From a virus (taxonomy: Duplodnaviria; Caudoviricetes): a stretch of DNA of 53,393 nt. Location of the stretch: IMG/VR virus record IMGVR_UViG_3300042939_000264, positions 1-53,393 of that record. One strand, 5' to 3'. The translations under genes and the position numbers were made by a program. Positions 28,577 through 37,425 of this stretch are shown piece by piece; the stretch's first letter is position 1; the number at the start of each line of letters is the position of its first letter. The notes beneath the pieces were generated by a model. The model ran no database searches. It saw only the letters and a program-made list of their open reading frames with translations, and was not told where the DNA came from.

Positions 28577-28734
28577 GATCAGCGTAGGGAGCAATCCCTG
28601 CCTCGGGGTGAGAGCCGAAGTAAACAGAGCAGAATTAAGTAAACAATAATATATGATCCCTTGTGGTGGTTTCACCACTCTCATGCGTCAGTTGCCGCTT
28701 CTGCTCGCCACCACAAGGGGTCGCCTTTGTTTAC

Positions 28735-28995
28735 ATGAAAAAAATTAATCGACTGAATGCGAATTATACAGTCATTCCCCTTGAGTTGCTTGAAGACCAG
28801 AAGTTGTCTTGGAAGGCAAAAGGACTAGCGGCATACATCTGCCATCTGGATTCGGCGAAAATAGAACCTTCGGCGAAGACGCTTGATCTCTGGAGGACCT
28901 GCGTGTATACCGAAAGCCTCGATGCCTACGATGAATTGGTTGCTGCTGGCTACATAGAAGATGTGATCTCCAAGCACGGGGAGGCTCCACAATGA
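28735..28995 (+). CDS. Small winged-HTH protein (replication-initiator N-terminus-like)
   Basis: NYTVIPLELLEDQKLSWKAKGLAAYI...ELVAAGYI. Confidence 0.6.
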   Translation: MKKINRLNANYTVIPLELLEDQKLSWKAKGLAAYICHLDSAKIEPSAKTLDLWRTCVYTESLDAYDELVAAGYIEDVISKHGEAPQ

Positions 28996-29903
28996 GCCTA
29001 AAATTGATGTCCGCAGTTTTTGAGAAATCGAAGACTAAAGGCAATGCGCGGCTGGTGCTTCTTGCTTTGGCTGATGCGTGTGGCGATCAGGGAGATTGCT
29101 GGCCATCGGTCAGGTCAATAGCCAAGAAAGCGAATGTCTCTCCAATCATTGCGAGGAAGTATATCAACGCCCTTGTCGATGTGGGTGTGCTGATCAAAGA
29201 GCATAGCGGAGATATGTCGGGACGGCAGACTAGCAACACCTACACGCTCGTAGAGGAGAAGATTGGCGAAGATTTTATTTCCAAAGATCAACTCCTTTTG
29301 GCTATGTCACCAAGTAGAGTAAAAACAAAGGACATGGTAACCCGGGTTAACACCCCGGATGGTAACCCGGGTTATCAGGGGGAGGTGGTAACCGGGGTTA
29401 ACAGGGCTTATATGAACCATCATAAGGAACCGTCAAAAGAACCATCAGATGGTTTTGTCGCTAACGCTCCGAAAACCATGGCTACTGATTTGTTCCCTAC
29501 CGATTCAATTTCGACTCACTCTACCACAGGTGACTCACTCGGTCGGTCATCAATGGATTCCCGACCTTCCGCATCCACAGATTACATGGCGCGGTTTAAG
29601 GTGCGAGCCAACCGCCTGCTCGGTCGCCGCGATACCACGGCATGGTCTACCGCCGAATTGCGAGCGGCCAAGCCTCACCTCGACACCTGCGATGAGGACT
29701 GGCAGTTACTCGAAAAGCTCTACGCCAAACGAGGGGAGAAGGATGTCTTCACCCGCCGCTCCATGCTTACCTTGCTCAACAACTGGGCTGGTGAGATCGA
29801 CAAGGCCCGCGCAATGTTCCCGCCAGCCCCAGAAATCCCCGACGAGAAACTAGACCCGGTAGCCGCTGGCAAATACTGGGCCAATGTGAAACCCAACGAG
29901 TAA
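28992..29903 (+). CDS. Replication initiator protein (N-terminal HTH)
   Basis: RLVLLALAD..G.CWPSVRSIAKKANVS...L...G...SNTY; internal iterons; followed by DnaB. Confidence 0.75.
   Translation: MSLKLMSAVFEKSKTKGNARLVLLALADACGDQGDCWPSVRSIAKKANVSPIIARKYINALVDVGVLIKEHSGDMSGRQTSNTYTLVEEKIGEDFISKDQLLLAMSPSRVKTKDMVTRVNTPDGNPGYQGEVVTGVNRAYMNHHKEPSKEPSDGFVANAPKTMATDLFPTDSISTHSTTGDSLGRSSMDSRPSASTDYMARFKVRANRLLGRRDTTAWSTAELRAAKPHLDTCDEDWQLLEKLYAKRGEKDVFTRRSMLTLLNNWAGEIDKARAMFPPAPEIPDEKLDPVAAGKYWANVKPNE
29334..29400. repeat. Three iteron-like repeats RTGGTAACCSGGGTTA (putative origin)
   Basis: Copies at 29334-29349, 29359-29374 and 29385-29400 inside the initiator gene; core TAACCCGGGTTA is palindromic. 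Confidence 0.75.
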
Positions 29904-29921
29904 TTATCGTTACCGATAACC

Positions 29922-31148
29922 ATGAAAAAAGTCCCAATAGCCACACACACCGAGATCAGCGCACTCTCGCTCATCTGCATCCAGCCAGAAATCTTGGGAG
30001 TCCAAGTCTGGGAACCCGATTATTTCGCGCTACAAGACCACAGAACGATCTTTATCGCCATGCAAAGGGTCTACCAGCGGAACCCCGACTTCAACGCGTT
30101 TATGGTCATTTCTGAGCTAGAAGCCATGGGAGAGCTAGAAAAGATCGGCGGGTCCACGCCTGTCACCGACATTCTGGAAGCCCACAGGTTCTTGCGGAGT
30201 GATATTGTGCTGGAGATCGCCAATGACGAGCGGTTAACCTTGCTCAAGTATCGTGCTTATCGCAAAACCATCCAGCTTATGGAAGAGCATGAGGATCAAC
30301 TTCGGAATGCCCAAGGGAATATCCGCGAGCTAGCTGATAAAATATCCCATACTTGTTGTGAAAAGAATACAGAATTTTCAACAGCGAAAGAGATCGCGGC
30401 CCAGCTTATCGACCAGATGGAGGGTAAAGACCAGCGGCCATGCTTCTCTACTGGGTTGGTTTACTTGGATCGCACCCTCAAAGGTGGGATGCACGGCGGG
30501 GAGCTTCTTACTGTAGCTTCTGAATCAGGGGGAGGTAAGTCGATCTTCATGGTGCAGACTGCTGTAGCCAACCTTCTCGACAACAAGTCGGTGGTCTACT
30601 TCTCCCTAGAGATGGACAAGACCGATGTGTTTGAGCGCATGGTCGCCCACCACGCCAATCTGCCAGTCCGCACGGCAGAGGAGTATAAGACTTCACACGG
30701 GCGTGAACTAGGAACAATCAGCAACTCGATCCTCGCGCTCCAGAAGTATCCCTTGATTATCGTTGACGATATTCTCGACCTCCCAGCCATTCTCGCCGAG
30801 TCCGAGAGACTACACATGCTAGGGAAAGCCGATGTGATTATCATCGACTACCTCCAGATTATTGAGAGCGAGAACAACGACAACCGCGAGCAGCAGGTCT
30901 CCGACATCGCTAGAAGGCTCAAGAACCTCGCCACCAAGCTCAAGGTGCCCGTAGTCACAGGTAGCCAATTGAACGACGAAGGTAAGGTGCGTGAGTCCAG
31001 AGCGATCAAGCAGCACAGCAACCAGCTAATCTTCATTAAGCACACGAACGACAAGTCCATGATCTTCGTGGACAAGAACCGCCGTGGGCCAAGGAACTAC
31101 ACCTTCCAAGTCACAATGGACGGGGAGATCAGCAAGCTAAAAGAATGA
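29922..31148 (+). CDS. dnaB: DnaB-like replicative helicase
   Basis: SESGGGKS, FSLEM, IIIDYLQ, SQLN, RESRAIKQ and KNRRG motifs. Confidence 0.9.
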   Translation: MKKVPIATHTEISALSLICIQPEILGVQVWEPDYFALQDHRTIFIAMQRVYQRNPDFNAFMVISELEAMGELEKIGGSTPVTDILEAHRFLRSDIVLEIANDERLTLLKYRAYRKTIQLMEEHEDQLRNAQGNIRELADKISHTCCEKNTEFSTAKEIAAQLIDQMEGKDQRPCFSTGLVYLDRTLKGGMHGGELLTVASESGGGKSIFMVQTAVANLLDNKSVVYFSLEMDKTDVFERMVAHHANLPVRTAEEYKTSHGRELGTISNSILALQKYPLIIVDDILDLPAILAESERLHMLGKADVIIIDYLQIIESENNDNREQQVSDIARRLKNLATKLKVPVVTGSQLNDEGKVRESRAIKQHSNQLIFIKHTNDKSMIFVDKNRRGPRNYTFQVTMDGEISKLKE

Positions 31149-31330
31149 CAACCGACGAAGCATTTAAAGAAGCCGAGAAGCAGATTCTGCGAGCTAGTGA
31201 GATATGGAGAAATAGGATTAAATCTAAATATCCCGAAGCGAAGCGATGCTATGAAGAAGCGGTGAGATTGAGAGACGAATACTTCTCTGATAACAAAAAA
31301 GTCTTGACAGAGGAAGCGAACCCATTCTAG
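31145..31330 (+). CDS. Hypothetical protein
   Basis: 61 aa; ATGA overlap with dnaB. Confidence 0.55.
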   Translation: MTTDEAFKEAEKQILRASEIWRNRIKSKYPEAKRCYEEAVRLRDEYFSDNKKVLTEEANPF

Positions 31331-31341
31331 GATTACACGCG

Positions 31342-31671
31342 ATGAACTCACGCGCTAAAGGAGCAGCCGGGGAAAGGGAGTGGCGGGACCAACTCCGCGA
31401 GCAAGGCTTCACGGCGCGTAGGGGACAGCAGTTTTCTGGCGGGCCGGATAGCCCAGATGTGATCTGCGAAGAACTCGCTGGACTCCACATGGAGGTCAAG
31501 AGAGTGCAGAACCTCAACCTTGACAAAGCCTGCGAACAGGCTGAAAGAGACTCACGCGGGAAGCGATGGATAGTCGCACACCGCAAGAACAACAAACCGT
31601 GGAAAGTGACTATGCCATCGGACACTTTTTTCGCATTACTAAGAGATGGCATCGAAGCACTTAAGAAATGA
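31342..31671 (+). CDS. Holliday junction resolvase-like PD-(D/E)XK nuclease
   Basis: SRAKGAAGERE...SPDV...HMEVKR (Hjc-like). Confidence 0.8.
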   Translation: MNSRAKGAAGEREWRDQLREQGFTARRGQQFSGGPDSPDVICEELAGLHMEVKRVQNLNLDKACEQAERDSRGKRWIVAHRKNNKPWKVTMPSDTFFALLRDGIEALKK

Positions 31672-31856
31672 AGAAACCAACTACTAAAGCAGGTAAAGCC
31701 AACAAAGTGGCTAAAGTCATGCGCGAGTTCAAGGCCGGAACGCTGCACTCTGGTCGAGATCCCAAGGGACCAAAGAAAGCTCCCATCGTGAAGAGCCGTC
31801 GTCAGGCGGTGGCTATTGCAATGAGTTCAGCGGGAATGAAAAAGAAAAAGAAATGA
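31668..31856 (+). CDS. Small basic protein
   Basis: KVAKVMREFKAGTLHSG...RRQAVAIAMS, a recurrent small phage protein type. Confidence 0.7.
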   Translation: MKKPTTKAGKANKVAKVMREFKAGTLHSGRDPKGPKKAPIVKSRRQAVAIAMSSAGMKKKKK

Positions 31857-31999
31857 AACCGGGACTCTATGCCAATATCGCCGCTAAACGTCGTCGTATC
31901 AAGGCGGGTAGCGGTGAGAAGATGAGGAAGCCGGGGAGTAAGGGCGCCCCGACTGCGAAGGCATTCAAGCAATCAGCTAAAACCGCCAAGAAAAAGTAA
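31853..31999 (+). CDS. Small basic protein (48 aa, not in the ORF track)
   Basis: MKPGLYANIAAKRRRIKAGSGEKMRKPGSKGAPTAKAFKQSAKTAKKK; overlaps both neighbours. Confidence 0.7.
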   Translation: MKPGLYANIAAKRRRIKAGSGEKMRKPGSKGAPTAKAFKQSAKTAKKK

Positions 32000-32223
32000 T
32001 GGAAAAGAAATTTTCAAAAACGGTAGTCAACCCGAAAACCGGGCGCAAGAAGACTGTCAAGTATGGTCAGAAAGGCGCGACGATCTCGCCGGGAACGAAG
32101 CGTGGTGATTCATACTGCGCCCGATCCGCCAAGATCAAGGGCGACTGGAAATCAGACCCAAACTCGCCGAATAACCTTTCACGTAAAAAGTGGAAGTGTC
32201 GCGGCAGCAAGTCTATGCGATGA
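31999..32223 (+). CDS. Small basic protein
   Basis: KTVKYGQKG...SYCARS..IKG......SPN..SRKKWKC. Confidence 0.7.
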   Translation: MEKKFSKTVVNPKTGRKKTVKYGQKGATISPGTKRGDSYCARSAKIKGDWKSDPNSPNNLSRKKWKCRGSKSMR

Positions 32224-32780
32224 TCTTCTCCAAGATCGGCCAATTACCAAGACACCTTTACTGCTGGGTTGACTCACGCTTTACACATGAAGAACCAATC
32301 GGATTCGTGGAAGCTATCTGGGTCGGCCTCACCTCAATCCCCGGCAGAACATGGGGTATCTCCGTCCTACTACGCGATGGCGGGATGCTCTACAGAAACC
32401 TACCACCACACGCAATCTACTTCCATGATCCACAAGAAAAATTCAGACCAAACAAATGGACAATTCACCAAGCGCAGCTTTGGGATTGTTACAGCTATCA
32501 CTTCACTCTTCTTCGCAATGATCATCTCTGCCTCGGCTTACGGGCCAAGGTGGGAAACGATGTATTGTCAGGGGAATACCTATTTTCAGCAGCCCACTTA
32601 CTGGACGGATATTCAGATAGTCCAGATCAGGACAAGGAATTCATTTTCGCCAAGCTGGACAATGGTAGACTTACCATTCAGCCCACAAATCGGGTGGTAT
32701 TCACCGACAATTCCTTCACCCTATCAACCAATAACCTTCCCCGCCTTAAGCTATCCGAGATAATCTACTCATGCGAATGA
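32220..32780 (+). CDS. Hypothetical phage protein
   Basis: MIFSKIGQLP...GGMLYRNLPPHA...QLWDC...LDNGRLTIQPTNRV; start overlaps the upstream stop. Confidence 0.65.
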   Translation: MIFSKIGQLPRHLYCWVDSRFTHEEPIGFVEAIWVGLTSIPGRTWGISVLLRDGGMLYRNLPPHAIYFHDPQEKFRPNKWTIHQAQLWDCYSYHFTLLRNDHLCLGLRAKVGNDVLSGEYLFSAAHLLDGYSDSPDQDKEFIFAKLDNGRLTIQPTNRVVFTDNSFTLSTNNLPRLKLSEIIYSCE

Positions 32781-32922
32781 CACGAATAGAAGCCCAGAGG
32801 AGGCTCAATGACAAGTATGCCCACGGGGAGATTACCCAAGAGGAGTGGAGCCGCGAGTTTGACGAACTATCCAGCCAACGCTGGACCGCCGAGGGAAAAC
32901 TGCCCGAGAAAAAGGAGGAGAA

Positions 32923-33105
32923 ATGCAAACAGTAGACGCAATGCTTAAAGAGGATAGCGAGACAATCGAGTTGCTTATCAAGGAGAACGATCAACTCCAA
33001 GCGGAGATCGAGAGGCTTCTTAAGGAACTCCAACAAACCAAGGAACGGGCATTATTCTACAAAACCATCCTAGATCAAATCAAAAATGAGCGAACAGAAG
33101 TGTGA
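32923..33105 (+). CDS. Small coiled-coil protein
   Basis: 60 aa in a tightly packed plus-strand operon. Confidence 0.5.
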   Translation: MQTVDAMLKEDSETIELLIKENDQLQAEIERLLKELQQTKERALFYKTILDQIKNERTEV

Positions 33106-33289
33106 AGCCTGCGGAATAAAGCTTACCGACCACTTTGGACTATACGGCACCTGCGCCCAGAGATGCGCGTGGGAACATATCGCCAACAAATTAGCCGAAG
33201 CCCTCTACGAAGCCGACTGCGGCCCAATAGGAGACGATGCGCTAGCTATGTATGAACGGTTCAAATTCCTAGAATCTCGCCCAAAATGA
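33086..33289 (+). CDS. Hypothetical zinc-finger-like protein
   Basis: CEACG...H....TC. Confidence 0.5.
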   Translation: MSEQKCEACGIKLTDHFGLYGTCAQRCAWEHIANKLAEALYEADCGPIGDDALAMYERFKFLESRPK

Positions 33290-33576
33290 ACTGCCCACGC
33301 TGTAAATCCAGAAAGACGGAAGTGATAGACTCCCGCCCAAATGAACGGTTCAACGGAGCCACTAGACGCAGGCGGTCATGCCTGAAGTGTTTCCACCTTT
33401 GGACTACCTACGAAATTCAACAAAATTATCTTGACACGATGGTCAGCCTTCCGCTAGAAAAGGTCGCCAGATTCAAGGAACTCACCGATGAACTCACCGA
33501 ACTTCAAACACTATTCAGTCGAAACGGGAATCATATTCCTGCTGATCTTTCTGACAATCGCCGGGGTGGTCTATAA
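33286..33576 (+). CDS. NrdR-like zinc-ribbon protein
   Basis: MNCPRCKS..TEVIDSR.....RRRRSCLKC...WTTYE matches the NrdR N-terminal zinc ribbon; no ATP cone seen. Confidence 0.7.
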   Translation: MNCPRCKSRKTEVIDSRPNERFNGATRRRRSCLKCFHLWTTYEIQQNYLDTMVSLPLEKVARFKELTDELTELQTLFSRNGNHIPADLSDNRRGGL

Positions 33577-33836
33577 CCTAGCCGCTTGGAACGAACCTAA
33601 CTTCAACATCTGCCCGCTATGCGAAGAGGAGGTAAGCCATGGCCGGTAAAGGAGACAAACCAAGACCAGTAAACTACAAGAAATATTGCGAGAACTTCGA
33701 TGAGATTTTCCGCAAGAAACAACCAAAGGAGGAAAATGCAAGACTGGAGACAAATACTATTCGACATGGCATTCATGGTGGCAGCGTTCCTGCTGCTCCT
33801 TTACATAGCCCTAAACTGGGTTAGCTTTGAATAGTT

Positions 33837-34022
33837 ATGGACGAGAAAGACCAAATCGGGCACTTTGACGACGATCTGCAACGCTTGCTCGACAAGTATG
33901 CTGATGAGTTTGAGATGAGCCTCGCCAGCCAAGTCGGCACCCTCATGTGCAAGGTTCACCAACTAATCTCAGCCTCCTACGAGGACGATGACGATCTGGA
34001 AGTGGAACTGGACGACGAATAA
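33837..34022 (+). CDS. Small acidic protein
   Basis: 61 aa; acidic C-terminus. Confidence 0.55.
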   Translation: MDEKDQIGHFDDDLQRLLDKYADEFEMSLASQVGTLMCKVHQLISASYEDDDDLEVELDDE

Positions 34023-34039
34023 TTATCGTTAACGATAGA

Positions 34040-34225
34040 ATGAAACCATACCCAAAATGGGCCTGCGCTCCCTGTGGAGCCAAGCACGGCACTAAGAAAG
34101 CAGTCTTGAAATACCAAGACGATTGGAGCTACGGGAAGTGTGAAGTGTGCGGGAAGAACGCCATGCTCACCGATCCCGAAGAATACGGAAACTTTATAAA
34201 CTGGTTTAACAAGACCAAGAAATGA
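34040..34225 (+). CDS. Small zinc-finger protein
   Basis: CAPCG...CEVCG. Confidence 0.55.
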   Translation: MKPYPKWACAPCGAKHGTKKAVLKYQDDWSYGKCEVCGKNAMLTDPEEYGNFINWFNKTKK

Positions 34226-34228
34226 TTT

Positions 34229-34414
34229 GCCGCAGGCAGGCGAGAGACACGGATGGCTCCGTATGGTGCACATCGAGGTCGGGAGACCCCAATCGGCCCC
34301 GTGAAGCGCAATTCACCGCGTATGATTTTCGCGGTGCGCCTCTCCGGGGAGAATGATGGGATCGCAACCTTGGCAACCCGGCGTCTGAAAAGGAGGCATG
34401 CACCCGTCCCTGCG
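34229..34414 (+). ncRNA. Candidate structured non-coding RNA
   Basis: GC-rich intergenic segment closed by CCGCAGG/CCTGCGG, with several internal hairpins; family not recognised. Confidence 0.35.
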
Positions 34415-34428
34415 GTAACCTTTAACAC

Positions 34429-34713
34429 ATGAAAGCCACACTTACCTTTGATTTACCAGAAGAGGAGCCAGAACACAAATACGCCCTAGCCGGGACAGAC
34501 GCGCTACTCCTCATTGAAGACCTATGCAGCGAGATCAGAGCCAAACTGAAACATGATACGGGGGAGTTCAAAGAGTTTAAGGCAGAAACGTGGGATGAGG
34601 AAACCAACGAGTTCAAGAAGATCGCCGCCAAGGGGGACGACCATACGCTAGAGAAGGTGTTTGATTGGATCATCGACCAAAAACAACGCAGAAACCTACC
34701 TGAATTGATATGA
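34429..34713 (+). CDS. Hypothetical protein
   Basis: MKATLTFDLPEE..EH..AL.G, a recurrent phage small-protein start. Confidence 0.6.
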   Translation: MKATLTFDLPEEEPEHKYALAGTDALLLIEDLCSEIRAKLKHDTGEFKEFKAETWDEETNEFKKIAAKGDDHTLEKVFDWIIDQKQRRNLPELI

Positions 34714-34804
34714 AAATCATTATAGCACTCATTATCGCCCTAACCTTCGCTGGCATCTACCTCTACGCTAGCCAGCAAGAAAAGCCTAAGATTACAGTAG
34801 TGAT

Positions 34805-35023
34805 ATGAGGAAAGAGGAAAAAGAGCTTAAGGATGAGGTTAAGACCTTGCTCTCCCATAGCAATATGCTGGGAAGAATCTCGGTCGCCGTGGAACCCTTC
34901 TGCCGCACCGAGGAGGATACGACCTACCTAGCCGTAAGAAGATTACTTGCCGAGTATTATTCACTCAAAGCAGATGAGGCGTGGCAATACCTAAGTGAGG
35001 AGGAAAAGCGATGCGCTTCCTAG
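34805..35023 (+). CDS. Hypothetical protein
   Basis: 72-aa ORF in the operon. Confidence 0.5.
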   Translation: MRKEEKELKDEVKTLLSHSNMLGRISVAVEPFCRTEEDTTYLAVRRLLAEYYSLKADEAWQYLSEEEKRCAS

Positions 35024-35370
35024 CATTATCGTTAACGATAATCCTGCTCGTCGGGTGTGCCCACATTGAGGAACCTGAGATAGCAGGGAAGTATAAGAAC
35101 GCCTGCCTGCCAGAGGCGATAATGATGACGAACGCCCTCAAGAAGTCAGGAGTGGACGCAAGGGTGCTAGGGATATACACCCCGAATCTAGGTCACGCGA
35201 TCTGCGTCTACCTCTATCCCCAAGGCAAGAACCAACTCTGGGGCTGGGATAGTTACTGGAAGAGCCTGAGACTCCGCGCCTACACAGACAACCCAGAAGG
35301 GGTGGCCAAAGCGTGGCTGCGCTGGACCCACCCAACAGATACCTTAACCCGCGCAATCTACATAGAATGA
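35011..35370 (+). CDS. Lipoprotein with papain/transglutaminase-like Cys-His-Asp motifs
   Basis: Lipobox LVG-C; NACLPEA, GHAICVY and WGWDS. Confidence 0.55.
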   Translation: MRFLALSLTIILLVGCAHIEEPEIAGKYKNACLPEAIMMTNALKKSGVDARVLGIYTPNLGHAICVYLYPQGKNQLWGWDSYWKSLRLRAYTDNPEGVAKAWLRWTHPTDTLTRAIYIE

Positions 35371-35563
35371 TTGCGTCACAATGCTGCGGAGCCGGGGTAA
35401 GGATAGAAGGCAAAACAACAAAGTGGTATGAGTGCCGCCTCTGCAACAAACCCTGCGATGTGACAATAACACAGGAACCAAGCTGCAATTTCTGCGGTGG
35501 TCCGCTAGCCTCAAACTGGAGGGAAGGTAAAGAAGTATTATACTGCTGGGAACACGGAGACCA

Positions 35564-35794
35564 ATGACCAAACAAGAACTCTGGAAAGTCTATGTGAAGC
35601 GCAATCCCTCATTCGAGGGGGAAGGAAACATCACACTCTCCAAACGGGGGCTAAGAAAACTCTTCGATACAACTTGGGACACCGCCTACTTCGACGGGGA
35701 ACCAGACCATATTGGTGACGCCAACAATATGGTAGGGGCGGATCGGGACTCCATCGCAGTAGAACAACTCAAGTCCATCTTCGGCTTCCGCTAA
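35564..35794 (+). CDS. Hypothetical protein
   Basis: 76 aa; last gene before the non-coding region. Confidence 0.55.
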   Translation: MTKQELWKVYVKRNPSFEGEGNITLSKRGLRKLFDTTWDTAYFDGEPDHIGDANNMVGADRDSIAVEQLKSIFGFR

Positions 35795-36943
35795 AAGGAA
35801 GCTAAGATAAAAAAGATTACCTTACCTCTCAGTTCCCCCAAATGTTCCCCCAAGACATCTGATTAGAATAAGAGCAGTAGTTCAAGCCACACTAGACCTG
35901 CGGCCCCAAAGCTAAACATTATATCAGAAACTCGTAGGCATTTTTCGGACATATATCCAGCGTAACCTTCGCGAGTCCGTATAAGGGTTAATGTATGCTA
36001 TAGCCAACAAACAAGATTGTATGCGATAAACCACATTCCCCGCGTCATTCCGCATACAGATAGGTAAAAGCAAACACCCGCCAAAGTATGCGTAACCCAC
36101 TGTTCGCCCCGGTGATCAATCGGAACTACTTTATCGCGGGCAGAGGCATGGCGGGTCTGCTAAAAGAATACTACCATAAGGGAAGAGAGAGTCAAACACG
36201 ATACAGGGCTTCCTAGAGCAAAAGAAAGCCATACGACATAGCTTACGACATTAGCATACGACATTGATGCGAAGCCAACCGAGGACAGGGGAGAGCAGAG
36301 GAACAGTAGGGAGCTAGGGGCAGGCTGGGGAGCGTGGGGAGCGTGGGGAGAACCGAGGAGCTAGGGGGCTATGGACAGGCGGGGGACGAAAGGGAGGGGG
36401 CAAACTGGGTTTCTTTCAGAGGGGAGGGAATTGTTTTATGTGTGATAAGCTGTAGTTGGGCTGTGTGGTGGTGGGTGGAGGGACGGTCGGCTGTGTGCTA
36501 GGAAAGAGATTCCTTAGACGCTACAGGCTAGGCTAGGGATGCATGAGAGACTAGTGTTGCATGGCTAGCTTATTGAGATAGGATCGTCGCCACTATCTCC
36601 TCTATGCAGTTATCTGAAGATATCAATCGCAACAAGCGGACGGGGTGGATGGGCGTTTGAATCAGGGGATGCCGGGTGGATTGGCAAGCAAGGGGCGGGG
36701 ATTGGCGCGGTGGCGGTGCGTTTGGCTTGGCATGATAACAGCTACGCATCCCGCTTCAGTCTCAATAAGGTAGGTGTTTTGCCGCCTTTTGCCGCATTTG
36801 GGGCAATATTATTGAGACTGGACTGGGGGTTATTGGAATGAGACTAGGCATGAATTACCGCATGAGGAAAGATTTGCCTAGCTAGTGGGAAGGATTTGCC
36901 TAGTGGAATGGGATTTGAACGGTTCAATGGGGCTTTTCAGGGT

Positions 36944-36959
36944 TGGCACGGGCCGTGCT
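36944..36959 (+). promoter_or_regulatory. Sigma54-like (-24/-12) promoter before the early region
   Basis: TGGCACG-GGCC-GTGCT with GG and GC 12 bp apart; a second copy TGGCATG-ATAA-CAGCT at 36728-36743. Confidence 0.45.
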
Positions 36960-37049
36960 ATGCATGAATCCGCCATGATTCACAACATAAATCCGAACGA
37001 GACTCGCTCTCTCATGGCAAGCGGTCTCGTTCAATCTCTTCAAAAATAA

Positions 37050-37286
37050 ATGAAAACTCCACCATCTAACTTGTCCCCATATTCGGAGGATTCGCCTCCT
37101 CCGTCATTCCTTGTCCGTTGCGCTAATGGCGGCGGCTTTACTGTCCTTCACAATGGCGTTCCAATCTGTGCGGAAACCACGCGTGAATCGGCTTTAATTT
37201 GCGCTTCTCGTGCCCGCTTAGATTTGCCCGCTGTCTTTTGGGATGGCGATTCCGCTTCATTCCTTCCCGTGGCTTCTCTCTCTTAA
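37050..37286 (+). CDS. Hypothetical early protein
   Basis: 78 aa; first ORF after the non-coding region. Confidence 0.5.
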   Translation: MKTPPSNLSPYSEDSPPPSFLVRCANGGGFTVLHNGVPICAETTRESALICASRARLDLPAVFWDGDSASFLPVASLS

Positions 37287-37425
37287 TCATGCGCGCTCTC
37301 TTCTCTCTCCTCTCTCATGTCGGGGTGTTTGCCATTGGCGCATTCCTAATCTCGTTCGCTCTTCTACTAGCGGGCGCGGTTGCTCAGCTTGTCTACAAAA
37401 TCAATCTTCAATATTTCAACCAATT

